64,000 bases of DNA from an uncultured Nitrospirota bacterium (GTDB lineage Bacteria > Nitrospirota > Thermodesulfovibrionia > Thermodesulfovibrionales > JdFR-85). Of this stretch, positions 10,044 through 19,617 are shown piece after piece. The notes beneath the pieces are model-generated. The model saw nothing but the letters and a program-made list of their open reading frames with translations, had not been told where the DNA came from and did not search any database. The number at the start of each line of letters is the position of its first letter. Positions within the stretch are counted from its first letter, which is position 1. Location: NCBI GenBank assembly GCA_964515925.1, contig CAZEYP010000003.1, positions 21,628 through 85,627 of the forward strand, read 5' to 3'. Position numbers and translations under genes: made by a program.

Positions 10044-11084
10044 ATGACAAAAGTAGCAATCTGTGGAGGTAGTGGATATACAGGGGCAGAGCTAATACGA
10101 CTACTTAGCAGTCATCCCCATGTAGAGCTTGTGGCAATCACCTCTGAAAGGTCAGAGGGCGAAAGGGTTGATCAGTTATTCCCACATCTTAAAGGGATAT
10201 GTGACCTTAAGTTCGTTTCCCTAAAGAAAAATAAACTCGAAGAGCAGGCAGAACTGCTTTTTCTTGCCCTCCCTCATGGTGCATCACAGGATAGGGTAGA
10301 GTATTTTGTGAAGGCAGGAAAAAGGGTAATCGACCTTTCTGCTGATTACAGATTAAGGGATCCGGAGGTTTACCGCTTCTGGTATGGTCTTGAACATAAT
10401 TATCCGAAAACCCTGAAAAAGGCTGTTTATGGACTTCCAGAGCTTTACAGAACAAAGATAAAAAGGGCACAGCTTGTGGCTAACCCAGGTTGTTATCCTA
10501 CATCTGCATTGTTGGGGCTTTATCCAGCACTAAAGGCAGGCATTATCAACACAGAGGGCATTGTAATAGATTCCAAATCTGGCACATCAGGTGCAGGCAG
10601 AAAGGCAGATGTTGCCTATAACTTCTGTGAGATAAACGAGTCCTTCAGGGCCTATGGCATTGCCACACATCGGCACACACCTGAGATAGAGCAGGAACTT
10701 TCGAAAATTGCTAAAACAGAGATTACCGTGGACTTTACACCTCATTTGCTACCAATAAACAGGGGGATTTTGACAACCATTTATGCCCCTTTAAACAATA
10801 AAGACATCACTGAAGATGAAATTTTAAGAATTTACAGAAAGCACTACAGAGGGGAGCCCTTTGTAAGAATTTTTGAGGAAACATTGCCTGATGTAAGGAA
10901 TGTTCGCGGCACAAACTATTGTGACATTGGAGTTAGAATAAATAAAAGAACCTCAACTCTGATAGTGGTTTCTGCAATTGATAATCTGCTTAAAGGTGCC
11001 TCTGGACAGGCTGTGCAGAATATGAATCTTATGCTTGGCCTTGATGAGACTACTGGATTAACCCAGATTGCGGCCCTTCCCTGA
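10044..11084 (+). CDS. argC: N-acetyl-gamma-glutamyl-phosphate reductase
   Basis: GGSGYTGAELIRLL nucleotide-binding motif, PGCYPTS catalytic Cys and C-terminal DNLLKGASGQAVQN. Confidence 0.93.
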   Translation: MTKVAICGGSGYTGAELIRLLSSHPHVELVAITSERSEGERVDQLFPHLKGICDLKFVSLKKNKLEEQAELLFLALPHGASQDRVEYFVKAGKRVIDLSADYRLRDPEVYRFWYGLEHNYPKTLKKAVYGLPELYRTKIKRAQLVANPGCYPTSALLGLYPALKAGIINTEGIVIDSKSGTSGAGRKADVAYNFCEINESFRAYGIATHRHTPEIEQELSKIAKTEITVDFTPHLLPINRGILTTIYAPLNNKDITEDEILRIYRKHYRGEPFVRIFEETLPDVRNVRGTNYCDIGVRINKRTSTLIVVSAIDNLLKGASGQAVQNMNLMLGLDETTGLTQIAALP

Positions 11085-11085
11085 T

Positions 11086-11493
11086 ATGGAACAGATAAGA
11101 ATTCCAGCCAGTATTATTGATGAGATGGTAAATCATGCCAGAGAGGGATATCCAGAAGAGGTCTGTGGGATTCTGGCTGGCTCAGAGGATGTGGTGACCA
11201 GGATTTTCAGGATGACCAATCTGGAACACTCGCCAGTGAGTTATTTTATGGACCCAAAGGAGCAGTTTCAGGTGATGAAAAAGATGCGCACAGAAGGCCT
11301 CAGAATGCTTGCCATCTACCATAGCCATCCCGACTCGCAGGCCTATCCTTCAGCAAAGGATGTCTCCCTTGCCTTTTACGATGATGTAGCATATATTATA
11401 GTTAGCCTTGCTGATGATGAACCACAGGTAAGGGCCTTTGAGATCAAGGAAGGAAAGGTTAAAGAAATGGTAATACAGGAGATTAGACAATGA
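11086..11493 (+). CDS. JAMM/MPN+ (Mov34) family metalloprotease
   Basis: EVCG (E-x2-G) plus HSHPDSQAYPSAKD, which is the JAMM motif H-x-H-x7-S-x2-D. The ATG lies 1 nt after the argC stop. Confidence 0.8.
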   Translation: MEQIRIPASIIDEMVNHAREGYPEEVCGILAGSEDVVTRIFRMTNLEHSPVSYFMDPKEQFQVMKKMRTEGLRMLAIYHSHPDSQAYPSAKDVSLAFYDDVAYIIVSLADDEPQVRAFEIKEGKVKEMVIQEIRQ

Positions 11494-12410
11494 AAAAAGT
11501 AGGTTTCATCTACGATGACATCTTTCTTAAGCATATCCCACCGGGGTGGCATCCAGAGAATCCTGACAGGTTAAGGGGAATAATAAATACCCTTGAGTCT
11601 TCCACTTTTTCAAAGGAGGTTGTTTATATAAAGCCTGTAAAGGCAACTGTTGATGAACTAACCGCTATCCACACAAAGCAGTATGTGGAAAAGGTGGCTG
11701 CAACAACTACAGGGTATCTTGACCCCGATACCTATGTGTCTGAAAAAAGTTACGAGGCAGCTCTCTACGCTGCTGGTGCTGTAGCAGAGGCTGTAAGGAG
11801 AGTAAAGGCAGGTGATATAGAAAGGGCCTTTTGTGCAGTGAGGCCACCGGGGCATCATGCAGAAAAAGACAGGGGCATGGGATTCTGTCTGTTCAACAAT
11901 ATCGCCATTGGGGCAAGGGTTGCCCAGAGCCTTGGTTATAAGAGGGTTTTAATTATTGATTTTGATGTCCATCATGGAAATGGCACAGAGCATGCCTTTG
12001 TGGATGACCCCACTGTGTTTTACTTCAGCACCCATCAATATCCTCATTACCCCGGCACAGGAGGGCGCAACGACAGGGGACGAGGTGCAGGTGAGGGCTT
12101 TACCATGAATATCCCTCTGCCCCCGGGAACAGGTGATGAGGAGATAAGGGGAATCTATAATGATGTGCTCGGGGAGGTTGCTGAAAAGTTCAGCCCTGAC
12201 ATTGTACTTGTTTCTGCAGGCTATGACATCTATATTGATGACCCGCTTGCTGACATAAGGGTTACCTATGAGGGCATAATGGAGATAGCAAGGGGGATAA
12301 ACAGGGCAGCCAGTGGTGTGCCTGTTATTTACTCTCTTGAGGGTGGTTATAACATAAATGCCCTTTCAAAGTCTGTTTTAATCACTATTGAAGAGCTTCT
12401 TTACGATTGA
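11490..12410 (+). CDS. histone deacetylase / acetoin-utilisation (AcuC/Aph) family deacetylase
   Basis: RPPGHHA, DFDVHHGNGT and EGGY motifs. ATGA overlap with the JAMM gene. Confidence 0.85.
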   Translation: MKKVGFIYDDIFLKHIPPGWHPENPDRLRGIINTLESSTFSKEVVYIKPVKATVDELTAIHTKQYVEKVAATTTGYLDPDTYVSEKSYEAALYAAGAVAEAVRRVKAGDIERAFCAVRPPGHHAEKDRGMGFCLFNNIAIGARVAQSLGYKRVLIIDFDVHHGNGTEHAFVDDPTVFYFSTHQYPHYPGTGGRNDRGRGAGEGFTMNIPLPPGTGDEEIRGIYNDVLGEVAEKFSPDIVLVSAGYDIYIDDPLADIRVTYEGIMEIARGINRAASGVPVIYSLEGGYNINALSKSVLITIEELLYD

Positions 12411-12423
12411 ACTAACAGAGGAC

Positions 12424-12486
12424 TTCTGATATAATTAATTTTAGATTTTAGATTTCTGATTTAAGATTTATAGTTTTAGATTTTAG
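12424..12486. repeat. heptamer tandem array (ATTTTAG/ATTTCTG/ATTTAAG type, about 9 units)
   Basis: Reads ttctgat ataatta attttag attttag atttctg atttaag atttata gttttag attttag. Confidence 0.8.
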
Positions 12487-12558
12487 TACAGGATTCTATA
12501 TAAGGTTAATTGTTTAATAAAAGCCTGAAAGATTTTATAAAAACCACAGGGAGTGAAA

Positions 12559-13128
12559 ATGGAAAGAAGGGTCCTATATTTTGAGAAGCCTGGGAAGGTA
12601 AACACCGGGGCCTGTTTAAAGGTTGTGATAGAGAGGCTTTCTGAGGGAGATATTAATGATGTGGTTGTTGCAACAACCGGAGGGGATACAGGATTGCTTT
12701 TTGCTGAGGCCCTGAAAGACAGAGATATTAACCTTGTAGCTGTGACCCATTCTTATGGGTTCAGAGAACCTAATACAATAGAGATTTCTTCCGAAACTGT
12801 TGAAAGGCTTAAGTCCCTCGGTGCAAAGGTTTACACAGGCACCATGATAACCCATTCACTGGAGACCGCCTTTACAATGAAGTCAGGTGGACTTTATCCC
12901 ACCATTATAGTTGCTCAGAGCCTCAGGAGATTCGGAGAGGGCCCCAAGGTCTGCTGTGAGATAGTAATGATGGCTGCTGATGCTGGCCTTATACAGGAGG
13001 GTAAGGAGGTAATAGCAGTGGCAGGCACAGGAAGGGGTGCTGATACAGTGATGGTGATCAGGGCAGCCACCTCAAAAAGATTTTTAGACCTTAAGGTATG
13101 TGAAATCTTAGCAAAACCAAGGGGATAA
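12559..13128 (+). CDS. stand-alone pyruvate-kinase alpha/beta (C-terminal) domain-like protein
   Basis: About 190 aa (VVVATTGGDTG...IAVAGTGRGADT) resembling the PK_C fold family. GGGAG lies 5 nt upstream of ATG 12559. Function unknown. Confidence 0.55.
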   Translation: MERRVLYFEKPGKVNTGACLKVVIERLSEGDINDVVVATTGGDTGLLFAEALKDRDINLVAVTHSYGFREPNTIEISSETVERLKSLGAKVYTGTMITHSLETAFTMKSGGLYPTIIVAQSLRRFGEGPKVCCEIVMMAADAGLIQEGKEVIAVAGTGRGADTVMVIRAATSKRFLDLKVCEILAKPRG

Positions 13129-13131
13129 ATT

Positions 13132-13503
13132 ATGAGGGCAAAGGAATGGATTGAGCAGGCAAAAAGAACGATCTCATCAGCAGAGCATTCAACATCAGGG
13201 GGGTTTTACGAGGATTCCTGTTTTCTTGCACACCATGGTGCCCTGCTTGCAGCAATAGCGCTTGCCACAAGGAAGGGATTGGTTGAGACAGGAATGTCTG
13301 TGTATTACATCCTGTCAAGGACCGGTGCAGAAAAGGAGCTTCTTCACAGGGCAAGGGTGCTTGATACCCTTTATCTACCATCAAGATTCCCATACTGTTT
13401 CACTAAAGGAACACCAATGGATTACTTTGACGAGGAAACCGCCAGGGAGGCAATAGGTCATGCAAAGGCCATCGTGGAACGAGTTGAAGAAGAACTGGGC
13501 TGA
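13132..13503 (+). CDS. HEPN domain protein
   Basis: A 4-helix pattern: AKEWIEQAKRTISSAE...FLAHHGALLAAIALA...LDTLYLPSRFP...EEAREAIGHAKAIVERV, typical of the PF05168-type HEPN domain. Confidence 0.65.
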   Translation: MRAKEWIEQAKRTISSAEHSTSGGFYEDSCFLAHHGALLAAIALATRKGLVETGMSVYYILSRTGAEKELLHRARVLDTLYLPSRFPYCFTKGTPMDYFDEETAREAIGHAKAIVERVEEELG

Positions 13504-13846
13504 TAAGTATTTTTTTGAGCCCCTTTCAGAGTTGATAAACAGGTTACATGAAGACAGAGGGGCACAGATAGAGCTCATTGCCCTTTTCAGCCCTGAAGCA
13601 GATAGACCGTTAACACCTGCAAGACCACCAATATATCTACTAATTCTATATAACTGCGAGATTGATTTCCTTAAAGAAAACCTCTTTCTCAGAGAGCATG
13701 ACCCTTCTGGTATATTTGAATTTTTTACTTACAGTGCTGATTCATTCAGGGAGATGCTGGGCCAGGGAAATCCGATTGCACTGATGGCAAAAAAAAGGGG
13801 GTTAATTATTTTTGAAAAAGACGGTATCGCTGATACCCTTCAGTGA
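13460..13846 (+). CDS. degenerate minimal nucleotidyltransferase-like partner of the HEPN protein (hypothetical)
   Basis: IELIALFSPEADRPLTPARPPIYLLILY aligns by eye to the hG[GS]...DhDh NTase core, but the catalytic G/D residues are replaced. The true start is uncertain (overlaps HEPN by 44 nt). Confidence 0.35.
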   Translation: MQRPSWNELKKNWADKYFFEPLSELINRLHEDRGAQIELIALFSPEADRPLTPARPPIYLLILYNCEIDFLKENLFLREHDPSGIFEFFTYSADSFREMLGQGNPIALMAKKRGLIIFEKDGIADTLQ

Positions 13847-14529
13847 AACTCTGTAGTAAGAATGACAGAATTTCCCAGTTCAAGCACTGCTTTAGCAGGA
13901 CAATGAAGTGTATCAACCTTTTCGTCAAGTATCATTGAAAGTGCCTTTCTTTTCTTTTCCCCTGACAGAATAAGGAACACCTCACGTGCAAGTCTGAAGG
14001 TTTTAATAGTGATAGTTATACGTGCTGCTAAAGGCGCCACAGGAACAGGCACAGCAAGTCTGCTGTGGTCTTTCAGTGCCCCGGCTCCCGGAAATAAAGA
14101 AGCTATATGACCATCCTGTCCGATTCCGGCTACAATAAGGTCAAGTCCATTAGGTAGTAACTCTTTTCTCAGTAATTCATCATATTTTCTGGCTGCCTTT
14201 TCTGCTCCCAGCTCACCTTCTATCGGAAATACCTGTGAGCTATTTATTCTGGCCGGTGCAAGAAGTTTTTCTTTTAGCAGCCTGTAATTGCTGAGTTCTG
14301 AGTCAGGAGGCACTGCTCGTTCATCTACAAAAAAGATATGCATATAATCCCAATCATTGGCTGCCCAGACCATCCTTTGCCACAAACCAAGAGGAGATGT
14401 TCCACCAGAGAAGCCAATTCTGAATGGCTTCTTAAACCTCGCCCGTGCATTGTATCTTTTTCTGAGTTGTTCGTATAACCAGTCAGAAAGTGACTGGTAG
14501 TCTTTGAAGCCTTTTATTTTACCCACCAC
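13840..14529 (-). CDS. pgl: 6-phosphogluconolactonase
   Basis: GFSGGTSP and GIGQDGHIASLFPG motifs. Overlaps zwf by 16 nt. Confidence 0.8.
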   Translation of the reverse strand: MVGKIKGFKDYQSLSDWLYEQLRKRYNARARFKKPFRIGFSGGTSPLGLWQRMVWAANDWDYMHIFFVDERAVPPDSELSNYRLLKEKLLAPARINSSQVFPIEGELGAEKAARKYDELLRKELLPNGLDLIVAGIGQDGHIASLFPGAGALKDHSRLAVPVPVAPLAARITITIKTFRLAREVFLILSGEKKRKALSMILDEKVDTLHCPAKAVLELGNSVILTTEFH

Positions 14530-16019
14530 TGATGACCGTCTTTCTTTATAAACTCTTCAGCTTCCCAGGGTCCCCATGTGCCTGCCTTATAGTCGTGTAT
14601 ATGAAAAAGCACCAGACGCTTACTTTTTTCTAAAAACTCCAGTATTGGCGTAAAGAACTCCCAGGCAATCTCCACTCCTTCCTGCCCAACAAATAGAAGA
14701 TGGTCACCCCTCAGGCAATCCATCAAGACCCGTTCGTAGGCATCGGGTAGCTCTGTTCCAAAATCCTTGTAAGAGAAATTCATCACCACATCTCTGAAAC
14801 AGAGCTTGGTGCCAGGGATCTTGGTCTGAAAGGTAAGCTCTATAGCCTCATCAGGTTGAATCCTGAAGACAAGCACATTGGGCTTGATATCGCCTGATAC
14901 GATGTCTTTGAATATGGAGTGTGGAACTGTCTTGAAATGAACCGATACCTCGGTTATTCTCTTTTTAAGCCTCTTTCCTGAACGCAGATAAAAGGGCACA
15001 CCCTGCCATCGCCAGTTGTCAATAAATACCTTCATGGCAGCAAAAGTGGGGGTTTTGGAGTCCTTTCTGACACCTGGTTCATCACGGTACCCGGGGATCA
15101 CCTCGCCGTCTATTTTGTTTCTTATGTACTGTCCGAAAACTGCATATTCGGGGACCTCTTTTTTTGTCATATGTCTTAATGAGCGGAAGACCTTTACCTT
15201 TTCATCTCTTATCCTTTTTGGTTCAAAAAGGGCTGGAGGCTCCATTGCCACGAAGCTCAGTAGCTGAATTATATGGTTTTGAAACATGTCACGAATAATA
15301 CCTGCCCTGTCGTAATAACCAGCCCTCTCTCTAACACCAATGGATTCAGAGGCTGTTATCTGGATATGTTCAATATGGTTTCGGTTCCAGATAGGTTCGA
15401 ATATGGAGTTTGCAAACCTGAATAGCAGTATGTCCTGGACGGTTTCCTTGCCAAGATAGTGATCAATACGAAAAACCTGCTCCTCGGTAAGATACTTAAG
15501 CAGAGTTTTATTGAGTGACCTGGCGGAATCAATGTCCCACCCAAAGGGCTTTTCAATGATTATCCTTACATCCGGGTTTTTAATAAGAGAATTTTCTCCA
15601 AGAGACATCACAATACTTTCTGTTAGAACTGGTGGAACAGCAAGATAGAACAGTCTCCGCTTCCCTGTTTTAACTTTTTTCTCTATCTTCTGAAGTGTGC
15701 TTTTAAATCTCTTATAGCTTTCAGGTTTGTTGTAATCAACAGTGCTATAATATACATGCCTGAGAAAATTGGTCTTTTCCTCCGTCTCTTTAATTGTATC
15801 AGATAGGTGTTTTCTGAAATCATCTTCTTTAAAGGGAGTGCGAGCCGCACCAAGGATAAAAAATTGCTCTGGTAACATGCCTCTGGTGTAGAGACTGAAA
15901 ATAGCAGGAATTAGTTTCTTCTTTGTAAGGTCTCCAGAGGCACCAAAGATTATAAGACCAAAGGGCTCACAAACCGGTTCGAGCAGGCATGATTTTGAAT
16001 TCTTTTTTTTTGACTTCAT
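14514..16019 (-). CDS. zwf: glucose-6-phosphate 1-dehydrogenase
   Basis: IIFGASGDLTKKKL NADP site and RIDHYLGKE active-site motif; 501 aa. Confidence 0.92.
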   Translation of the reverse strand: MKSKKKNSKSCLLEPVCEPFGLIIFGASGDLTKKKLIPAIFSLYTRGMLPEQFFILGAARTPFKEDDFRKHLSDTIKETEEKTNFLRHVYYSTVDYNKPESYKRFKSTLQKIEKKVKTGKRRLFYLAVPPVLTESIVMSLGENSLIKNPDVRIIIEKPFGWDIDSARSLNKTLLKYLTEEQVFRIDHYLGKETVQDILLFRFANSIFEPIWNRNHIEHIQITASESIGVRERAGYYDRAGIIRDMFQNHIIQLLSFVAMEPPALFEPKRIRDEKVKVFRSLRHMTKKEVPEYAVFGQYIRNKIDGEVIPGYRDEPGVRKDSKTPTFAAMKVFIDNWRWQGVPFYLRSGKRLKKRITEVSVHFKTVPHSIFKDIVSGDIKPNVLVFRIQPDEAIELTFQTKIPGTKLCFRDVVMNFSYKDFGTELPDAYERVLMDCLRGDHLLFVGQEGVEIAWEFFTPILEFLEKSKRLVLFHIHDYKAGTWGPWEAEEFIKKDGHQWWVK

Positions 16020-16061
16020 AGATACTTTTAATTTTACTACCTTTCTAACTTTTTTTCTATG

Positions 16062-18191
16062 TTAATGTGAAAGATTTAAAGAATCAATGACATTAAGCAG
16101 GGTTCCTTTTTTTATAGGTTTTTCAAGATATCTGTCAGCCTTTATAGTAGACAGTGCATCAACAAAGCCTGTCATTGCTATGGTTCTTATCTCTTTCTTT
16201 ATGCTTTTAAATCGTTTTATTAGTTCTCCACCATCCATCTGAGGCATTAAAATATCGGTTATTACAAGGTCAATGTTGTCGTTGTTTTTTCTAAAATATT
16301 CGAGGCTGATAAAGGGATTCTGAAACACCTGCACTTCAAAACCATGCTCAACCAATACATCCTTTATAAACTGTAAAACCGGGAGTTCATCATCAACGAC
16401 CATTACCTTTCCAAGGGATGCCTTTTTATCAGAGAGTTCCAAATGCTTTATAACTGGTGTTTTATTGGCTGCCGGTAGATAAATGTAAAAAGATGTGCCC
16501 TTTCCAGGAGAGCTGTTAATGGTAATATATCCTTCGTGGTCTTTGATTATTCCATACACCATTGCAAGGCCAAGTCCGGTACCTTTTCCTGCCTCTTTTG
16601 TAGTAAAAAAGGGTTCAAAGATTCTGTCTTTTATCTCTGCTGGAATACCAGTGCCTGTGTCCGATATTTCAAGTTTTACATATCTTCCAGGCTTAACATC
16701 TGCAAATATCTTTAGTTTGTTACGGTCTATGGTTTCAGTAGATGTTTTTATATGAATTATTCCGCCCTCAGGCATTGCATCTTTTGCGTTTATCAGCAAG
16801 TTTATAATAACCTGTTCTAATTGCATGATGTCACCGTTTATTATTGGAAGGCCTGGGTCCAGTTCTTTTTTTATCTCTATATCCTTTGGGATAAGCTTTG
16901 CTGTCATTGTTAAAGAGTCCTCTATAATACTGTTCAGATTGAGTGGTACCACTTCTTTGCCTTTCTTTCTGGCAAAACTAAGAAGCTTTGAGACAATGTT
17001 TGATGCCTTTCTTGCAGAAGATTCGATTACTTTAATTTTTGAGATCACATCCTGTGGAAGATGTTGATTCTCTACAAGCAAACTTGCATAACCAAGAATA
17101 GAGGTCAGAATGTTGTTAAAGTCATGCGCAATTCCACCAGCAAGAGTCCCAACAGATTCCATTTTTTGAGCATGCAGTAGTTGATTTTGTAATCGCTTCT
17201 TTTCTGTTATATCGCGCAGAAAGGACTCTATAAATATATCATCATCAAATTTAATTGCACAGGAGCTTACTTCAAGTATTATTCTTTTTCCATCCTTTCG
17301 TATATGTTGTGTTTCAAAAAGGAGTGATTCACCATTTAGAAGCCTTTGAATTCTTTCTTTGCAAAGAGGTATATTAGTTTCAGATTCTAAGATGGTGATA
17401 TTCATACCTTTAAGCTCTTCCTTGGTGTAACCATGAAGTTCACAGGCCTTATTGTTTGCATCAATAATATTTCCCTCTTTGTCAAAAATAAGTATTCCGT
17501 CGTTTGCGTGTTCATGAAGGGCCTTAAGCATGGCCTGTGACTTGGCGAGTTCCTTAGTTCGTTCTGCAACGAGATCTTCGAGCTGTTCGGAGTATTGCTT
17601 TAATCGTTCTTGCTCCAGAACTAAATCGTATTGGAGTGAGAAATTTCTTATTAGAAGTGATTGATTTAGATGCCGCCATGTTATGCCAATGAAAAAAGTT
17701 GCTATTAAGTAAAGGTTATTATTAATAAAAATATTTATATTTGTGATGTTGTCTAAAAAGAGAATCGGTAAAAGGTATATTGTATAAATAAGAAGTGCAC
17801 CTAATATAGTGAGTTTGTAAGAGATGGGCAGGAATCCGATTATAAATAAGAAAGTCAATATCATTCCTGCATAATAAGGTGATTGGTGCCCACCAGTATA
17901 AATTATCATTAATTCAACCATAGAGGCAGCAATAACTGTTGCAGCTATAGTAATTCCAATCTGTATCTTTTTGTTTCTCTTTTTCCTGTTTAATAAGAAA
18001 AGGATAACTAATAAGATAATACTAATTATTCTGATAGATAAAAAATTAATAAAAATTGTTTTTGCAACAAAATAATCAAGTATTATCAGAAATATAATTA
18101 AGAAAATTCCTGCTCCTAAAACTACAGAGCCCCAGTACTGGAAAAGATTTAGTATTTTTTCATTAATAAAATCCTGTTTTGATTGCTCCAT
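16062..18191 (-). CDS. hybrid sensor histidine kinase (multi-TM N-domain, PAS, HisKA, HATPase_c, receiver)
   Basis: About 6 TM helices in the first 190 aa, a PAS domain (ANDGILIFDKEGNIIDAN), an H-box GGIAHDFNNILTSI, a G-box GTGLGLAMV, and a C-terminal REC domain (VVDDE...ITDILMPQMDG). Confidence 0.85.
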   Translation of the reverse strand: MEQSKQDFINEKILNLFQYWGSVVLGAGIFLIIFLIILDYFVAKTIFINFLSIRIISIILLVILFLLNRKKRNKKIQIGITIAATVIAASMVELMIIYTGGHQSPYYAGMILTFLFIIGFLPISYKLTILGALLIYTIYLLPILFLDNITNINIFINNNLYLIATFFIGITWRHLNQSLLIRNFSLQYDLVLEQERLKQYSEQLEDLVAERTKELAKSQAMLKALHEHANDGILIFDKEGNIIDANNKACELHGYTKEELKGMNITILESETNIPLCKERIQRLLNGESLLFETQHIRKDGKRIILEVSSCAIKFDDDIFIESFLRDITEKKRLQNQLLHAQKMESVGTLAGGIAHDFNNILTSILGYASLLVENQHLPQDVISKIKVIESSARKASNIVSKLLSFARKKGKEVVPLNLNSIIEDSLTMTAKLIPKDIEIKKELDPGLPIINGDIMQLEQVIINLLINAKDAMPEGGIIHIKTSTETIDRNKLKIFADVKPGRYVKLEISDTGTGIPAEIKDRIFEPFFTTKEAGKGTGLGLAMVYGIIKDHEGYITINSSPGKGTSFYIYLPAANKTPVIKHLELSDKKASLGKVMVVDDELPVLQFIKDVLVEHGFEVQVFQNPFISLEYFRKNNDNIDLVITDILMPQMDGGELIKRFKSIKKEIRTIAMTGFVDALSTIKADRYLEKPIKKGTLLNVIDSLNLSH

Positions 18192-18204
18192 TAGATAAAA
18201 CTCC

Positions 18205-19617
18205 TTAAAGAATTTTCTCTCTTCTCATTATAAATCTTGAGAGATCATAACTAATATAAGTAACCCCTGGAATTCCCAAACCCTGAGTAGTCCAATGTCC
18301 TGTTAGATAAAGGTTTTTAATGAAATTAGGTTTTCTAAAGTCATTGTCGGCTAATTGATTTGTTAAACTGGCCCATCCATAAGCAGCACCTTCAGAATTA
18401 TATGTATACCTGTAAAGAGTATAAGGTGTAGCTGCCTCCTTATAAATTAAATTTTGAGTTAAACTTGGAAAATAATCAATAATTAATTCTATAAAATTAT
18501 TCATATAAGTTTTTTTAAATCTATACCAGAAATACTTTGATACAAAGGGAGCTATAACAAAAGCAATAACCGTTTTACGGTCCTGACCTATATGTAACAT
18601 GAAACTTTTTTTCTCTAATATTTTCTTTTTAAAAGAGAGATTGTAAACTTCTTCAAGATTTGCATCCGATAGTATCCATAGATTAGCACCAGCTGGGATA
18701 TCTTCAATAGGTTTTTTATATCCTAAGTAGAGTATGAACATCGAGAGGGTCTGTTTCATTTGATTAATCTTTTTTAAAAAAGTAGATGGTAAATATTCCC
18801 TCCCAATTAGATTAAAAAAAGTATGTTTTGCATCTATATTTGAGATAATATAATTTGCACGGAAAGACATAGGTTTTTTTTTCAATACAACACCAACAGC
18901 TCGGTTATTTTCAACTATAATTTTTCTTACAGATTCAGATAGGATGATATCTCCGTTGTTTTCTCTAAATATATCCAGGAGTGTATCAGGCAAGCTTTGC
19001 ATGCATCCTTCAGGATAATATCCACCATCTATTAAGAATTCCTTATATATCTTTGAACCAATAAAAGCTGACATTAATGAAGGAGGCAAGCCACCATTTC
19101 CAAGAAGAGGGTATGCGATAATAGCTTTTAATTCTTTGTTCTTAAAAAAATTATTTAAAAGACGCTCAAAGGTCCAGGTCCTAACATTAGCAAAGAAATG
19201 AGGTTCAGGGTTTATAATGGTTTTGAAAAATCTTTTAATATTATCTGCTTCATGAGGAAAGGCTTCTTGAAAATCACTAATAGTTCTCTGAATATTTGAC
19301 CAGTATGAAATCCTGTATTTATTGTAATATACTATATCAGAAGGGTCTATTTTTAATAATTTTAACCTGTTTGTTACCCCCAAATCTTTAAAAATATTAC
19401 CTACATTACCAAGTTTGAGACCACCAATAGAATGAGCTGCAGCATCAAAGGTAAAGCCCTTGCGTTTAAAGGATGTGCAGTATCCTCCTGGCTTGTTATG
19501 CTGTTCAACTATCAATACCCTAAGTCCCGCCTTAGCCAGATAACAACCACACACAAGACCGCCGATACCTGCTCCTATTATTATAACATCGTAGGTTTGC
19601 CTTGAAGAGCTCATCAT
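18205..19617 (-). CDS. FAD-dependent oxidoreductase of the phytoene desaturase (CrtI)/amine-oxidase family
   Basis: N-terminal DVIIIGAGIGGLVCGCYLAKAGLRVLIVEQ dinucleotide fold; 470 aa; CrtI-like length and C-terminal YLTGHWT. Its start abuts the ACP stop. Confidence 0.75.
   Translation of the reverse strand: MMSSSRQTYDVIIIGAGIGGLVCGCYLAKAGLRVLIVEQHNKPGGYCTSFKRKGFTFDAAAHSIGGLKLGNVGNIFKDLGVTNRLKLLKIDPSDIVYYNKYRISYWSNIQRTISDFQEAFPHEADNIKRFFKTIINPEPHFFANVRTWTFERLLNNFFKNKELKAIIAYPLLGNGGLPPSLMSAFIGSKIYKEFLIDGGYYPEGCMQSLPDTLLDIFRENNGDIILSESVRKIIVENNRAVGVVLKKKPMSFRANYIISNIDAKHTFFNLIGREYLPSTFLKKINQMKQTLSMFILYLGYKKPIEDIPAGANLWILSDANLEEVYNLSFKKKILEKKSFMLHIGQDRKTVIAFVIAPFVSKYFWYRFKKTYMNNFIELIIDYFPSLTQNLIYKEAATPYTLYRYTYNSEGAAYGWASLTNQLADNDFRKPNFIKNLYLTGHWTTQGLGIPGVTYISYDLSRFIMRREKIL

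Noticed and set aside
13132-13846. HEPN and NTase-like ORFs as one gene split by a frameshift.
   Set aside because: Fused NTase-HEPN proteins have the NTase domain N-terminal, whereas here the order is reversed. The HEPN ORF also ends with a natural-looking C-terminal helix. They are more likely a gene pair.
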